64,000 nt of DNA from Spirochaetia bacterium (GTDB taxonomy: Bacteria; Spirochaetota; Spirochaetia; SZUA-6; Bin103), in contig CBDBDQ010000005.1 of NCBI GenBank assembly GCA_965203905.1, positions 832,001-896,000 of the forward strand, written 5' to 3'. The notes beneath the pieces are model-generated. The model ran no database searches, was not told the origin of the DNA, and saw only the letters and a program-made list of their open reading frames with translations. Positions 27,743 through 36,423 of the stretch are shown piece after piece. Position numbers and translations under genes: made by a program. Within the stretch, counting starts at the first letter, position 1, and the number at the start of each line of letters is the position of its first letter.

Positions 27743-29455
27743 TTACGGTAGCGCTACCTCCGTGGGCGGGATCGACTCGGCGTCCGCGCTGTCGTCATCC
27801 GACGTGTCACTGTCGGCAACGGTCGCCGCAGTCTCTTCCACCGGCACGCTCACGTTTCGTTCCTGCATGAATCTACGCTCACCTGCTATCAAGAATTCGC
27901 GCCGCGATCTGAGTAGACTTGTGCGGTCTCCGTTGCGTAACAACTCGCTGCAGTCGATTGGGAACCCATGGGTGGGCAGCAGCCTTGCGAGAAGGTCGTC
28001 GTCCAGCCCCTCAAGGTGGTTGAATACCTGTCCGTGAAGCTCCTCGTCCACGAACATACGATTCGCGGGGCTGGAGACCAACTCGCGAGGACTCGGATTG
28101 GACCACAGGTACCCGATTGCGGTGGTCCCCAATCGCGACAGCAGTGCACCCGGTTTCAGTTCTCGTGTGCCGCCCGCGAGCGCACGGGGCCCAAGCGATG
28201 CCAAGTATAGCAAGAAGGCGCGCACGCGGGCGCTACGAGCATCGAAGCGCTTGGGGAATCCCTGCGCCGGCGCTTCCAGATCGACCACGCTCATCTGGCT
28301 ATTCGAGTCATGAGCGAGTCTGCGGATCTCCTCCAGCGCGTCCCTGGCCTGCGACGAGTTTACGCCGCCGAACCAGCCAGTGAACGACGTCACCCAGAAC
28401 CAGCGCTTCAATACGCCGACCGCACGATCGTCCGGCTTCGAGCAAAGTCGATAGAACTCCCCAAGCAGGACGATCTGCAGACCATACGGAAGCAACCGGT
28501 CGGAAGTGACGCCGAGACAAGCGAGAAGGTCCAAGGCACGTAGGATGCCCTGTTTTGCCGCGGCGAACGCATCCGGAAGCGCGCGGCGGACCTCCTGCTT
28601 GACCATGAGGTCGGCCCAATCCTTGGCGTAGATGTCGCGGTCGAGTGCCGCGAGCACGGACCTGAGGAGCAAGACGCGATCCAGATTCCCGAATCCCTTC
28701 TTCCGGAGTTCCGCTTTGAACTCGTTCAGCATGCGAGCAAGATCAAACTCACCCTCGTCGTACGTGAGGGCAGATACAAGTTCATCAGCAGCCATTTTAC
28801 GCCCCGTGCGGTTCAGCCGAGCGAAGACCGTAACGGCGCTTTCCAGGTCGGCGTCGCGGATACTGATCAGTGGAAGCTGATAGTCGCGAAAGGCGCTCGA
28901 CAGACGGTCTGCCTCGGCAAGCCGACGCTTCGCCTGATTCCCGTCGTCCAGGTCTGCAATGCGGCGGCATGCCTCGAAGAATCCGGACGTGGTGAGCAAG
29001 TGCCGCACGGGAAAGTACCGTGGTGGCTGGTCTGCTGCCGCATCTCGCCGCGTAACGAACTCCTGATCGTCGAGATCGTAATGTACACGCCACTCGATCT
29101 GATCCACGTTTGGTTCTCCATCGTCGGTCAGCCGCAGCGTTCCGACCAGGGTGGACACGCGCTGCTGGCCGTCGAGCAGGTATCCGACCGCGCCACCAGG
29201 GCGGGGACCGATCTCTACCGGCCCGATGCGATCGTTCGAGTCGATGATTCGTTCGGTCTCCCATACCAGGATCGAGCCGATGGGAAAGCCGCGCAGGACG
29301 CTGTCGAGCAATGCGGTCAGATCAGGTTGCTTCCATACGAAGGCCCGCTGAAACCTCGGAACCCGGATCTTTCCGGCCGCGACGCGATCGACGAGCCTGC
29401 CGAGGAACACGACCTCGGGCCTGACTTCGGTACGCTTTTGTCGCCCATCCGCCAT
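27743..29455 (-). CDS. DUF262 (ParB-like / GmrS) domain protein
   Basis: PRFQRAFVW, FPIGS, LLDGQQR, FARLNRTG. Confidence 0.9.
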   Translation of the reverse strand: MADGRQKRTEVRPEVVFLGRLVDRVAAGKIRVPRFQRAFVWKQPDLTALLDSVLRGFPIGSILVWETERIIDSNDRIGPVEIGPRPGGAVGYLLDGQQRVSTLVGTLRLTDDGEPNVDQIEWRVHYDLDDQEFVTRRDAAADQPPRYFPVRHLLTTSGFFEACRRIADLDDGNQAKRRLAEADRLSSAFRDYQLPLISIRDADLESAVTVFARLNRTGRKMAADELVSALTYDEGEFDLARMLNEFKAELRKKGFGNLDRVLLLRSVLAALDRDIYAKDWADLMVKQEVRRALPDAFAAAKQGILRALDLLACLGVTSDRLLPYGLQIVLLGEFYRLCSKPDDRAVGVLKRWFWVTSFTGWFGGVNSSQARDALEEIRRLAHDSNSQMSVVDLEAPAQGFPKRFDARSARVRAFLLYLASLGPRALAGGTRELKPGALLSRLGTTAIGYLWSNPSPRELVSSPANRMFVDEELHGQVFNHLEGLDDDLLARLLPTHGFPIDCSELLRNGDRTSLLRSRREFLIAGERRFMQERNVSVPVEETAATVADSDTSDDDSADAESIPPTEVALP

Positions 29456-29459
29456 GCCG

Positions 29460-30419
29460 TTACACTGCCTCTCGGATCAGCTTGATCCCATGTTCGAGGT
29501 CGCCTTGCCCGCGGAGCCGCAGGTCGTCGGCTGCCACGACATCCTGGATCGTCCAGCACGTGTGCACGTTCGGGCCAAAGCCACTGGCGAGGATTGCCCG
29601 ATCATCGTTCGGCAGGCTGGCGAACAGGGCCCGCTCCGACGCGGAAGGACTCTCCGACAGGCCGTTGTTCATATCGAGGTGATTCTTCTGATCGTCGCTG
29701 AGTCGGTCCCAAGTTGCAACGCGCTGGCGATGGTCGGCGCCAGTGTTCGGACGCGCGTCGAGGAGACTTCTCGTCAGGTAGTTTTCCGCCTCCCGCTTCG
29801 CGAGCACCCAGCACGGTAGTCCATTATTCCTGCATGCGCGACGAAGCGCGCGAGCCTCTCTGCTCTCTTGGTCGTTCGTCCCCTTCCGGTCGCTGTCGAT
29901 TACGGCAACCAGCCTGGCAGGCCGCGGTCTACGTGTCCTGTTCAGTACCTCCTGCGCCATCTGGCCCTTCCCGCCCACGCTGTCGAATCGAATCGGTTCT
30001 GTCGGTCGGTTCCAGAGGCAACTCAACGGCTCGTCTAACTCCATCACGACCCGCCTCAGGAATGCACCGTCACTTTCCCGGTTCTCCACCAGGATTGTGA
30101 GTGGTTCCTGGGCCAGACGGAGAGCCTGCGCGGCGACCAATTCGTCGGGTGCTTGCGGAGCCGCTGTCACCCGTAGGCGACGCCCGTGTGGCGCCAAGTT
30201 CCATGCCCCTAGTTTGGTCGAAGCGACGAGCAGATCCTCTATCTTGACCCCCTGTCTACCAGGGTCGTTGAGCCACGTCGATTTCCTGATCGCTTCGATA
30301 TCCCGGAAATCTGTCAGATCCCACACGTGCCAGCCGTCATCAATCCTGTCGAGCATGCGGTCCAGACTCCGGTGAGCATCCGGGTCGTTGGCCGCGCTGC
30401 CGTCTATCGCTATGCGCAC
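29460..30419 (-). CDS. Hypothetical protein with TOPRIM-like motifs (putative nuclease)
   Basis: ILVENRESD, GGKG, VIDSD, KREAENY; GTG start 30419 after GAAGGG. Confidence 0.7.
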   Translation of the reverse strand: MRIAIDGSAANDPDAHRSLDRMLDRIDDGWHVWDLTDFRDIEAIRKSTWLNDPGRQGVKIEDLLVASTKLGAWNLAPHGRRLRVTAAPQAPDELVAAQALRLAQEPLTILVENRESDGAFLRRVVMELDEPLSCLWNRPTEPIRFDSVGGKGQMAQEVLNRTRRPRPARLVAVIDSDRKGTNDQESREARALRRACRNNGLPCWVLAKREAENYLTRSLLDARPNTGADHRQRVATWDRLSDDQKNHLDMNNGLSESPSASERALFASLPNDDRAILASGFGPNVHTCWTIQDVVAADDLRLRGQGDLEHGIKLIREAV

Positions 30420-30426
30420 CGCCCTT

Positions 30427-31656
30427 CTATCCTTTCGCCCTCGCCGCGCGACGGATAGCCAGGATCTCCTCGTAGTCCTCGATGAAGACGCCGTGCGGCC
30501 ACTTCTCCATCTCGCCGTCTTCCCGGATGGCGATTTTCTCCACCAGGGAGCCGCGTGCATGCTCTGCGTGAATCCAGTACACCAAGACGTGCCCGGCCGG
30601 TATCCGCCCCTCCGCGATCCAGCGTCGCGTGCGGAGCAATAGCATTTCCGAGTGCGTCTCGACCACCAGCGGCCGTCTGGGGCCTGCGAGGTTGTTCAGC
30701 AAGAGTTCCGCTACGTGTGCGTGGGCGGCTGGATGGAGTTCGGCCTCCGGGTGCTCAATGACGTCAGCGCCCGGTCCAGCCCGTCGCGCCGACAGCGCGG
30801 TGACGGCGACCGGCAGCACGTGCGAGAGTCCACGGCCAGACTGCGACAGTTTCACATCGCCGTCCCGAACTGGCGTTCCGGTTATCAATTCGCGATACCG
30901 TCCCTGCGCCGCGATGTCGATGCGTACACCAAAGGTGGTGCCGTACCAATCGCGGACCGCCTCGCGCAGGGCAGCATCAGCAGCCATAACCAACGGGGCG
31001 TCGCCTCCATCAGGTCCGATGGCCCTGGGCGCGACCTCCGGCTCCAGGAACGGGGACGTACCGAGTAGCCGCGGACACTGCAGGTGGCGAACCCCTGTTG
31101 CCCACTGCCTGAAGTTGTTGACGTGAGGGCGAACCCATGGCGCCAGCGCTTCCGGATCCCGGGGCAGCAGCCCACGCCAGTCGAGTGACTCATGTTGCGG
31201 CTCCTCTCCCTTGGCGGTGACCCGGTACATCGCGCCGGTGTCGAAACCTTGTCGCTCCGCGACGACCTCGCAGCCGTTGTGGTTCAGCCGCCATTTGAAC
31301 AGCAGCCGTTCGGATCGCGCCGCTTCAACCACGTTCCTCACCGCTACGTCAAGCGAGGAATCGCCCGCCTCGTCTGCCAGTGTGATCGACATCTGAAGTA
31401 GGCCGTGAACGGCGCGGCCGGTCACCAAATCCTCAAAGCTTTCCCCATGTGTTACCCCGCCAGATTGCAGCGGCAGCGGTTCACCCGCAGCGTCATCCGG
31501 AGCTGTGAACCCGCCGGCCAGCAGTTGGAGGGCCTGCGCCAGTGCCGTCTTGCCGGCGTTGTTCGGACCCACCAGGATCGTCAGGGGTGCCACCTCCACC
31601 TCGGCTTGTTCGGCGTAGCTCTTGTAGCTCGTCAGACTGAACTTCCGTAGTTCCAT
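30427..31656 (-). CDS. AAA_15/DUF3696-type ATPase
   Basis: GPNNAGKT, SGRGLS, IEHPEAELHP, VETHSE, C-terminal WPHGVF; ATG 31656. Confidence 0.9.
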   Translation of the reverse strand: MELRKFSLTSYKSYAEQAEVEVAPLTILVGPNNAGKTALAQALQLLAGGFTAPDDAAGEPLPLQSGGVTHGESFEDLVTGRAVHGLLQMSITLADEAGDSSLDVAVRNVVEAARSERLLFKWRLNHNGCEVVAERQGFDTGAMYRVTAKGEEPQHESLDWRGLLPRDPEALAPWVRPHVNNFRQWATGVRHLQCPRLLGTSPFLEPEVAPRAIGPDGGDAPLVMAADAALREAVRDWYGTTFGVRIDIAAQGRYRELITGTPVRDGDVKLSQSGRGLSHVLPVAVTALSARRAGPGADVIEHPEAELHPAAHAHVAELLLNNLAGPRRPLVVETHSEMLLLRTRRWIAEGRIPAGHVLVYWIHAEHARGSLVEKIAIREDGEMEKWPHGVFIEDYEEILAIRRAARAKG

Positions 31657-31971
31657 GCTGCTCCTACCGCGTCGTCGGTACGTGGCGCCACGCGTCGCTG
31701 TGTCGCCCCAAGCAACTACCGCGCTACGACGACGTTCCAGGTACCGGATGGACATCATCAGCATCTTACCGTAGAGGGCCGGTTCAGGCGCATCTGGAGC
31801 CGCCTCTCCGGCGACCCGGTCCACGTCGGCGCGCATCGCCGGCAGTTCGTCGTCACCGAGGCGGCCAGCCAGCCGTTGTCCAGAGACGTCACCCTTCAGC
31901 TCGGAAGGATGCGCCATGGAAGTGGTTATACCTACCCCCGGGAAGCCGCCAAACCAACCTGCTCAGCCTGC

Positions 31972-32000
31972 TTGACCGCGTACCGGCTCCACTTTAGGCT
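31972..32000 (+). promoter_or_regulatory. Sigma70-type promoter preceding a ~120-nt leader
   Basis: TTGACC-17 nt-TAGGCT. Confidence 0.55.
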
Positions 32001-32127
32001 GAGCCGCTGAGTTGTCGTCGGAATGTAGCGACGGATACAGGCAAGCTGCAAGGAGATCACCGAAGGCCGGGTGCAGACTCTCTCGGCAGGTGATTCGAAC
32101 AGTCATCTCACTTCCAGGAGAACACCA

Positions 32128-34176
32128 ATGAAACGTATTTCGATTTTCGTTGCGATCCTCGCCGCGGCGGTGGCCGTGCTCGGGTTCGCGGGCGCCGAGG
32201 GCGAAGCGGCCGCCGAGGCGTCCGACGAAGGAATGGCGAGCTTCATGGAGCTGCCGGTCGCGGGCCAGGCCGAGTACAACCTCGACGACTACACGCGGCT
32301 CACCGGCACGGCCATCACCAGTTTCAGCGAGTCTCCGTTGCTGGCCGAGCGGGTGGCGGCCGGGGAGCTGCCGGCGGTGGCGGAACGGCTGCCGCAGGAC
32401 ATCCTGGTGCGCGTGCCGCTGAACGAGATCGGCAAGTACGGCGGCACCATCACGCTGCCTATCGCCAATCTCTCCAACCCGTTCCCGGGCAACCAGATGA
32501 TCACCGACATGCTGTTCGTCCTCGACCTGCGCAACCCGGGCATCGTGGCGCCGGGGGTGGCGAGCGGCTACGAGGTGTCGGCCGACGGCAAGACCTTCAC
32601 CCTGCACCTCAGGGAGGGCATGAAGTGGTCCGACGGCGCGCCCTACGGCGCCGACGACTTCCTGTTCTGGTGGGAGGACGTCACCCTCAACGAGGAGCTC
32701 ACCCCCAGCGTGCCGTCGATCTGGCGGCCCGACGACCAGTTGGTGGCGATCAGCAAGGTCGACGACCTGACCGTGCAGTACGTGTTCCAGTCGGCGCAGT
32801 TCAACGCTCCGTACTACTTCGCCCAGAACGATCACATCGCCGCCCAGCAGGGCCGCAGCTACCTGCCCCGGCACGCGCTGGAGCAGTACCACATCAAGTA
32901 CAACGCCGACGCCGGCAAGCTGGCGGCCGAGGCCGGCTTCGAGGAGTGGTGGCAGTTGTTCCGCGAGCAGGCGCGCACCGCCTACGGCACCCAGGTGGTG
33001 GAGGGGATGCCGGTAGTGGTGCAGTACATCCTGGAGTCGGAGTTCGAGAACGGCCGCACCTACGTGCGCAACCCCTACTACCACGGCATCGATCCGGCCG
33101 GTAACCAGCTTCCCTACATCGACCGGGTGCGCACCATCGCCCACGAAGACAACATGCAGACCCTCAAGCTGCGCACCATCGCGGGCGACTACGACTACTC
33201 GCCGTTCACCCTCAACACCACCGATCTGCCGCTGCTGGCCGAGAACGCGGAGCAGGGCGGGTACCGCGCGTTCCTGGGGAAGGGCGGCTTTCCCAACGAT
33301 CAACCGCTGCTGATCAACCAGAACAACCAGGAGCCGGTGCTCGGCGACCTGCTGCGCGACAAGAAGTTCCGCCATGCCCTGTCGTTCGCCATCAACCGCC
33401 AGGAGTTGGTTGACGTGGTAGCCCTGGGCATGGCGACCCCGACCCAGACCACCGTCAATCCCGCCCACAGCCTGTTCGAGCAGCGCTACGCCGACGCCTA
33501 CATCGATTACGACCCGGAGCAGGCCAACCAGATCCTCGACGAGCTGGGCCTGACCGAGCGCGACGGCGAGGGATTCCGGGTGATGTCCAACGGCAAGACC
33601 CTGTCGCTGCTGCTGGAGCCGACGACCACCTTCTCGGGCAGCGTCGAGACCGCCGAGCTGGTGAAGGAGTACTGGGAGGCGATCGGCATCAAGATCGCGA
33701 TCAAGACCGGCACCTACGGCACCGTGTTCGGGCGCGGCGGCAGCGTGCCCAACGGCACCTTCCACGTCACCCTCGTGCTCACGGACTTCGGCGCCGAGAC
33801 CATGTGGCGCACGCCGGGCTACTGGAACGGCCCGCGCAACGTGATGCGCATCAACTGGTCGGCGCCGCTGTGGGACCAGTGGTGGCAGACCGACGGCGCC
33901 GAAGGCATCGAGCCGCCGCCCGAGATAGCGCGCATCTTCGACCTGGCCGAGAACATGTACCGTTTTCCCGACGACGAGTGGCGCGCGGCCGGCAAGGAGA
34001 TCCTCGACTGGTGGGCCGAGAACTTCTATACCATCGGCACCTTCGGCTATCAGCAGGCGCCGATGACGGCCAGCGTCAAGCTCGGCAACGTCGACTTCGA
34101 GACCTACCACACTGCCCCCGCGGACTTCGGCAAGGGCTACGTCTACCGCCTGTGGCAGTTCTACTGGAAGGAGTAG
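32128..34176 (+). CDS. ABC transporter substrate-binding protein, family 5
   Basis: RBS AGGAG, signal peptide, LPAVAERLP, REGMKWSDG, RNPYY...GNQLPYID. Confidence 0.93.
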   Translation: MKRISIFVAILAAAVAVLGFAGAEGEAAAEASDEGMASFMELPVAGQAEYNLDDYTRLTGTAITSFSESPLLAERVAAGELPAVAERLPQDILVRVPLNEIGKYGGTITLPIANLSNPFPGNQMITDMLFVLDLRNPGIVAPGVASGYEVSADGKTFTLHLREGMKWSDGAPYGADDFLFWWEDVTLNEELTPSVPSIWRPDDQLVAISKVDDLTVQYVFQSAQFNAPYYFAQNDHIAAQQGRSYLPRHALEQYHIKYNADAGKLAAEAGFEEWWQLFREQARTAYGTQVVEGMPVVVQYILESEFENGRTYVRNPYYHGIDPAGNQLPYIDRVRTIAHEDNMQTLKLRTIAGDYDYSPFTLNTTDLPLLAENAEQGGYRAFLGKGGFPNDQPLLINQNNQEPVLGDLLRDKKFRHALSFAINRQELVDVVALGMATPTQTTVNPAHSLFEQRYADAYIDYDPEQANQILDELGLTERDGEGFRVMSNGKTLSLLLEPTTTFSGSVETAELVKEYWEAIGIKIAIKTGTYGTVFGRGGSVPNGTFHVTLVLTDFGAETMWRTPGYWNGPRNVMRINWSAPLWDQWWQTDGAEGIEPPPEIARIFDLAENMYRFPDDEWRAAGKEILDWWAENFYTIGTFGYQQAPMTASVKLGNVDFETYHTAPADFGKGYVYRLWQFYWKE

Positions 34177-34278
34177 GACCCGGCATCGCGATAGTCCGAG
34201 TACACTGGCCCGCGGGCGCCTGATGAGAAGCCACGCACAGGGATCGCCCGCCGGCCGGCATTTTCGGGTCAGGGCCAC

Positions 34279-35277
34279 GTGAGCGCGTATCTGGCGCGCC
34301 GCTGCCTGCTGATGCTCACGCTCATGGTGGTGCTGTCGGTGGTGGTGTTCGTGATCATCCAACTGCCGCCGGGCAACTACGTGTCGACCTACGCGGAGCG
34401 GCTGCAGGCCAGCGGCAACCCGGCGGACCAGGCCACGCTGGACGCGCTCAACCGCCAGTACGGCTTCGATCTGCCGCTCTACCGGCAGTACCTGCGCTGG
34501 TTCGTGAACTTCCTCAAGTTCGACCTGGGCCGCTCCTTCGAGTGGCGCAAGACGGTGGCCCAGTTGCTGCGCGAACGGGTCCCCATCAGCATCGCCATCT
34601 CGCTGTTCTCGCTGGTGGTGACCTACGCCATCGCGGTGCCGGTGGGCATCTACTCGGCCACCCACCAGTACTCGCTCGGCGACTACCTGTTCACCGGCAT
34701 CGGCTTCGTCGGCCTGGCGACGCCCAACTTCTTTCTGGCGCTGATCCTGATGTTCCTGGCGTTCAAGGTGTTCGACGTCAGCGTCATCGGCCTGTTCTCG
34801 CCGCAGTTCCTGGACGCCCCCTGGAGCATGGCCAAGTTCCTGGACATGCTGAAGCACCTGCCGGTCCCGATCATCGTCATCGGCACCGCGGGCACCGCCG
34901 GGCTGATCCGGGTTATGCGCGGCTGCCTGCTGGACGAGTTGCAGAAGCAGTACGTGATCACGGCCCGCAGCAAGGGCCTGCTGGAGCGCAGCATCCTGTT
35001 CAAGTACCCGGTGCGGGTGTCGATCAACCCGGTGGTGAGCACGGTGGGGTGGAGCCTGACCTACATCGTCTCCGGCGAGACCATCACCAGCATCGTGCTG
35101 TCGCTGCCCACCGTGGGACCGCTGCTGTACGGCGCGTTGCAGTCGCAGGACATGTACCTGGCGGGCAGCACCATCATGGTGCTCGGCCTGTTGACCTTCG
35201 TCGGCACCCTGATCTCCGACATCCTGCTGGTAGTGGTGGATCCGCGCATCCGCTACGAGAAGAGCGCCGCCGCATGA
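34279..35277 (+). CDS. ABC permease (OppB-like)
   Basis: IIQLPPG, ARSKGL, DPRIR. Confidence 0.95.
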   Translation: MSAYLARRCLLMLTLMVVLSVVVFVIIQLPPGNYVSTYAERLQASGNPADQATLDALNRQYGFDLPLYRQYLRWFVNFLKFDLGRSFEWRKTVAQLLRERVPISIAISLFSLVVTYAIAVPVGIYSATHQYSLGDYLFTGIGFVGLATPNFFLALILMFLAFKVFDVSVIGLFSPQFLDAPWSMAKFLDMLKHLPVPIIVIGTAGTAGLIRVMRGCLLDELQKQYVITARSKGLLERSILFKYPVRVSINPVVSTVGWSLTYIVSGETITSIVLSLPTVGPLLYGALQSQDMYLAGSTIMVLGLLTFVGTLISDILLVVVDPRIRYEKSAAA

Positions 35278-36404
35278 TGCGCGCCGCGACGATCCCCGGG
35301 GCCGAGGCCACGGCCGCCGACGAGAGACAGTTCATCGCCTCGCAGTGGCAGATCATGTACCGCAAGCTGCGCAGGCACCGGCTGGCGATGGTCGGGCTGA
35401 CGGTGCTGGCGGCGTTCTACTTCCTGGCCCTGTTCTGCGAGTTCTTCGCCGTCGCCGATCCCTACAAGCGCCATTCCCAGTACCTGTACGCGCCGCCGCA
35501 GCGGATCCGCTTCGTCGACCACGAGGGCACCTTCCACCTGCGCCCCTTCGTCTACGCCTACGAGCGCCACATCAACCCCAAGAGCCTGCTGATGACCTAC
35601 ACCGACGACACCTCGCGGCGCTACCCGCTGCAGCTCTTCGCGCGCACCGATCCGTACAAGCTGTGGGGCCTGTTCGAGTCGGATCTGCATCTGCTGGGAG
35701 TGCCGGAGGACGGCGTGCTGCTGCTGCTGGGCACGGACCGCCTGGGCCGCGACTTCTTCTCGCGGATCATGTACGGGCTGCGGATCTCGGTCTCGATCGG
35801 GCTGGTGGGGGTGGCCATCACCTTCGTGCTCGGCTGCATCATGGGAGGGATCTCCGGCTACTTCGGCGGCACCGCCGACGTGGTGGTGCAGCGCATCATC
35901 GAGTTCCTGATGGCGATTCCAACGATCCCGTTCTGGATGGCGCTCAGCGCCGCGCTGCCGCAGTTCTGGCCGGCGCTGCGGGTCTACTTCTTCATCACCC
36001 TGATCCTGTCGGTGATCAGCTGGACCGGGCTGGCGCGCGTGGTGCGGGGCAAGCTGATCAGCACCCGCGAGGAGGACTTCGTGATGGCCGCGGTGATCGC
36101 CGGGGCGTCGGCGGACGCGGTGATCGCCCGGCACCTGCTGCCCTCCTTCCTCAGCTACATCATCGTCAACCTGACGCTCTCCATTCCCGGCATGATCCTG
36201 GGCGAGACCGCGCTCAGCTTCCTCGGGCTGGGGCTGCGGCCGCCCGTGATCAGCCTGGGCGTGCTGCTGAAGGAGGCGCAGGACCTCAACATCATCGCCC
36301 TGTATCCGTGGCTGCTGCTGCCGGGACTGTTCGTGATCATCTTCGTCATCTCGTTCAACTTCATGGGCGACGGCCTGCGCGACGCCGCCGACCCGTACCG
36401 CTGA
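35274..36404 (+). CDS. ABC permease (OppC-like)
   Basis: ATGA overlap, GTDRLGRD, GDGLRDAADPY. Confidence 0.95.
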   Translation: MMRAATIPGAEATAADERQFIASQWQIMYRKLRRHRLAMVGLTVLAAFYFLALFCEFFAVADPYKRHSQYLYAPPQRIRFVDHEGTFHLRPFVYAYERHINPKSLLMTYTDDTSRRYPLQLFARTDPYKLWGLFESDLHLLGVPEDGVLLLLGTDRLGRDFFSRIMYGLRISVSIGLVGVAITFVLGCIMGGISGYFGGTADVVVQRIIEFLMAIPTIPFWMALSAALPQFWPALRVYFFITLILSVISWTGLARVVRGKLISTREEDFVMAAVIAGASADAVIARHLLPSFLSYIIVNLTLSIPGMILGETALSFLGLGLRPPVISLGVLLKEAQDLNIIALYPWLLLPGLFVIIFVISFNFMGDGLRDAADPYR

Positions 36405-36423
36405 CGCAAAGGAGCCCAGTGCC

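Noticed and set aside
31657-31917. N-terminal extension of the ATPase ORF
   Set aside because: The ATPase domain starts at ATG 31656 after a GGAG RBS; the upstream part is probably unrelated remnant DNA.
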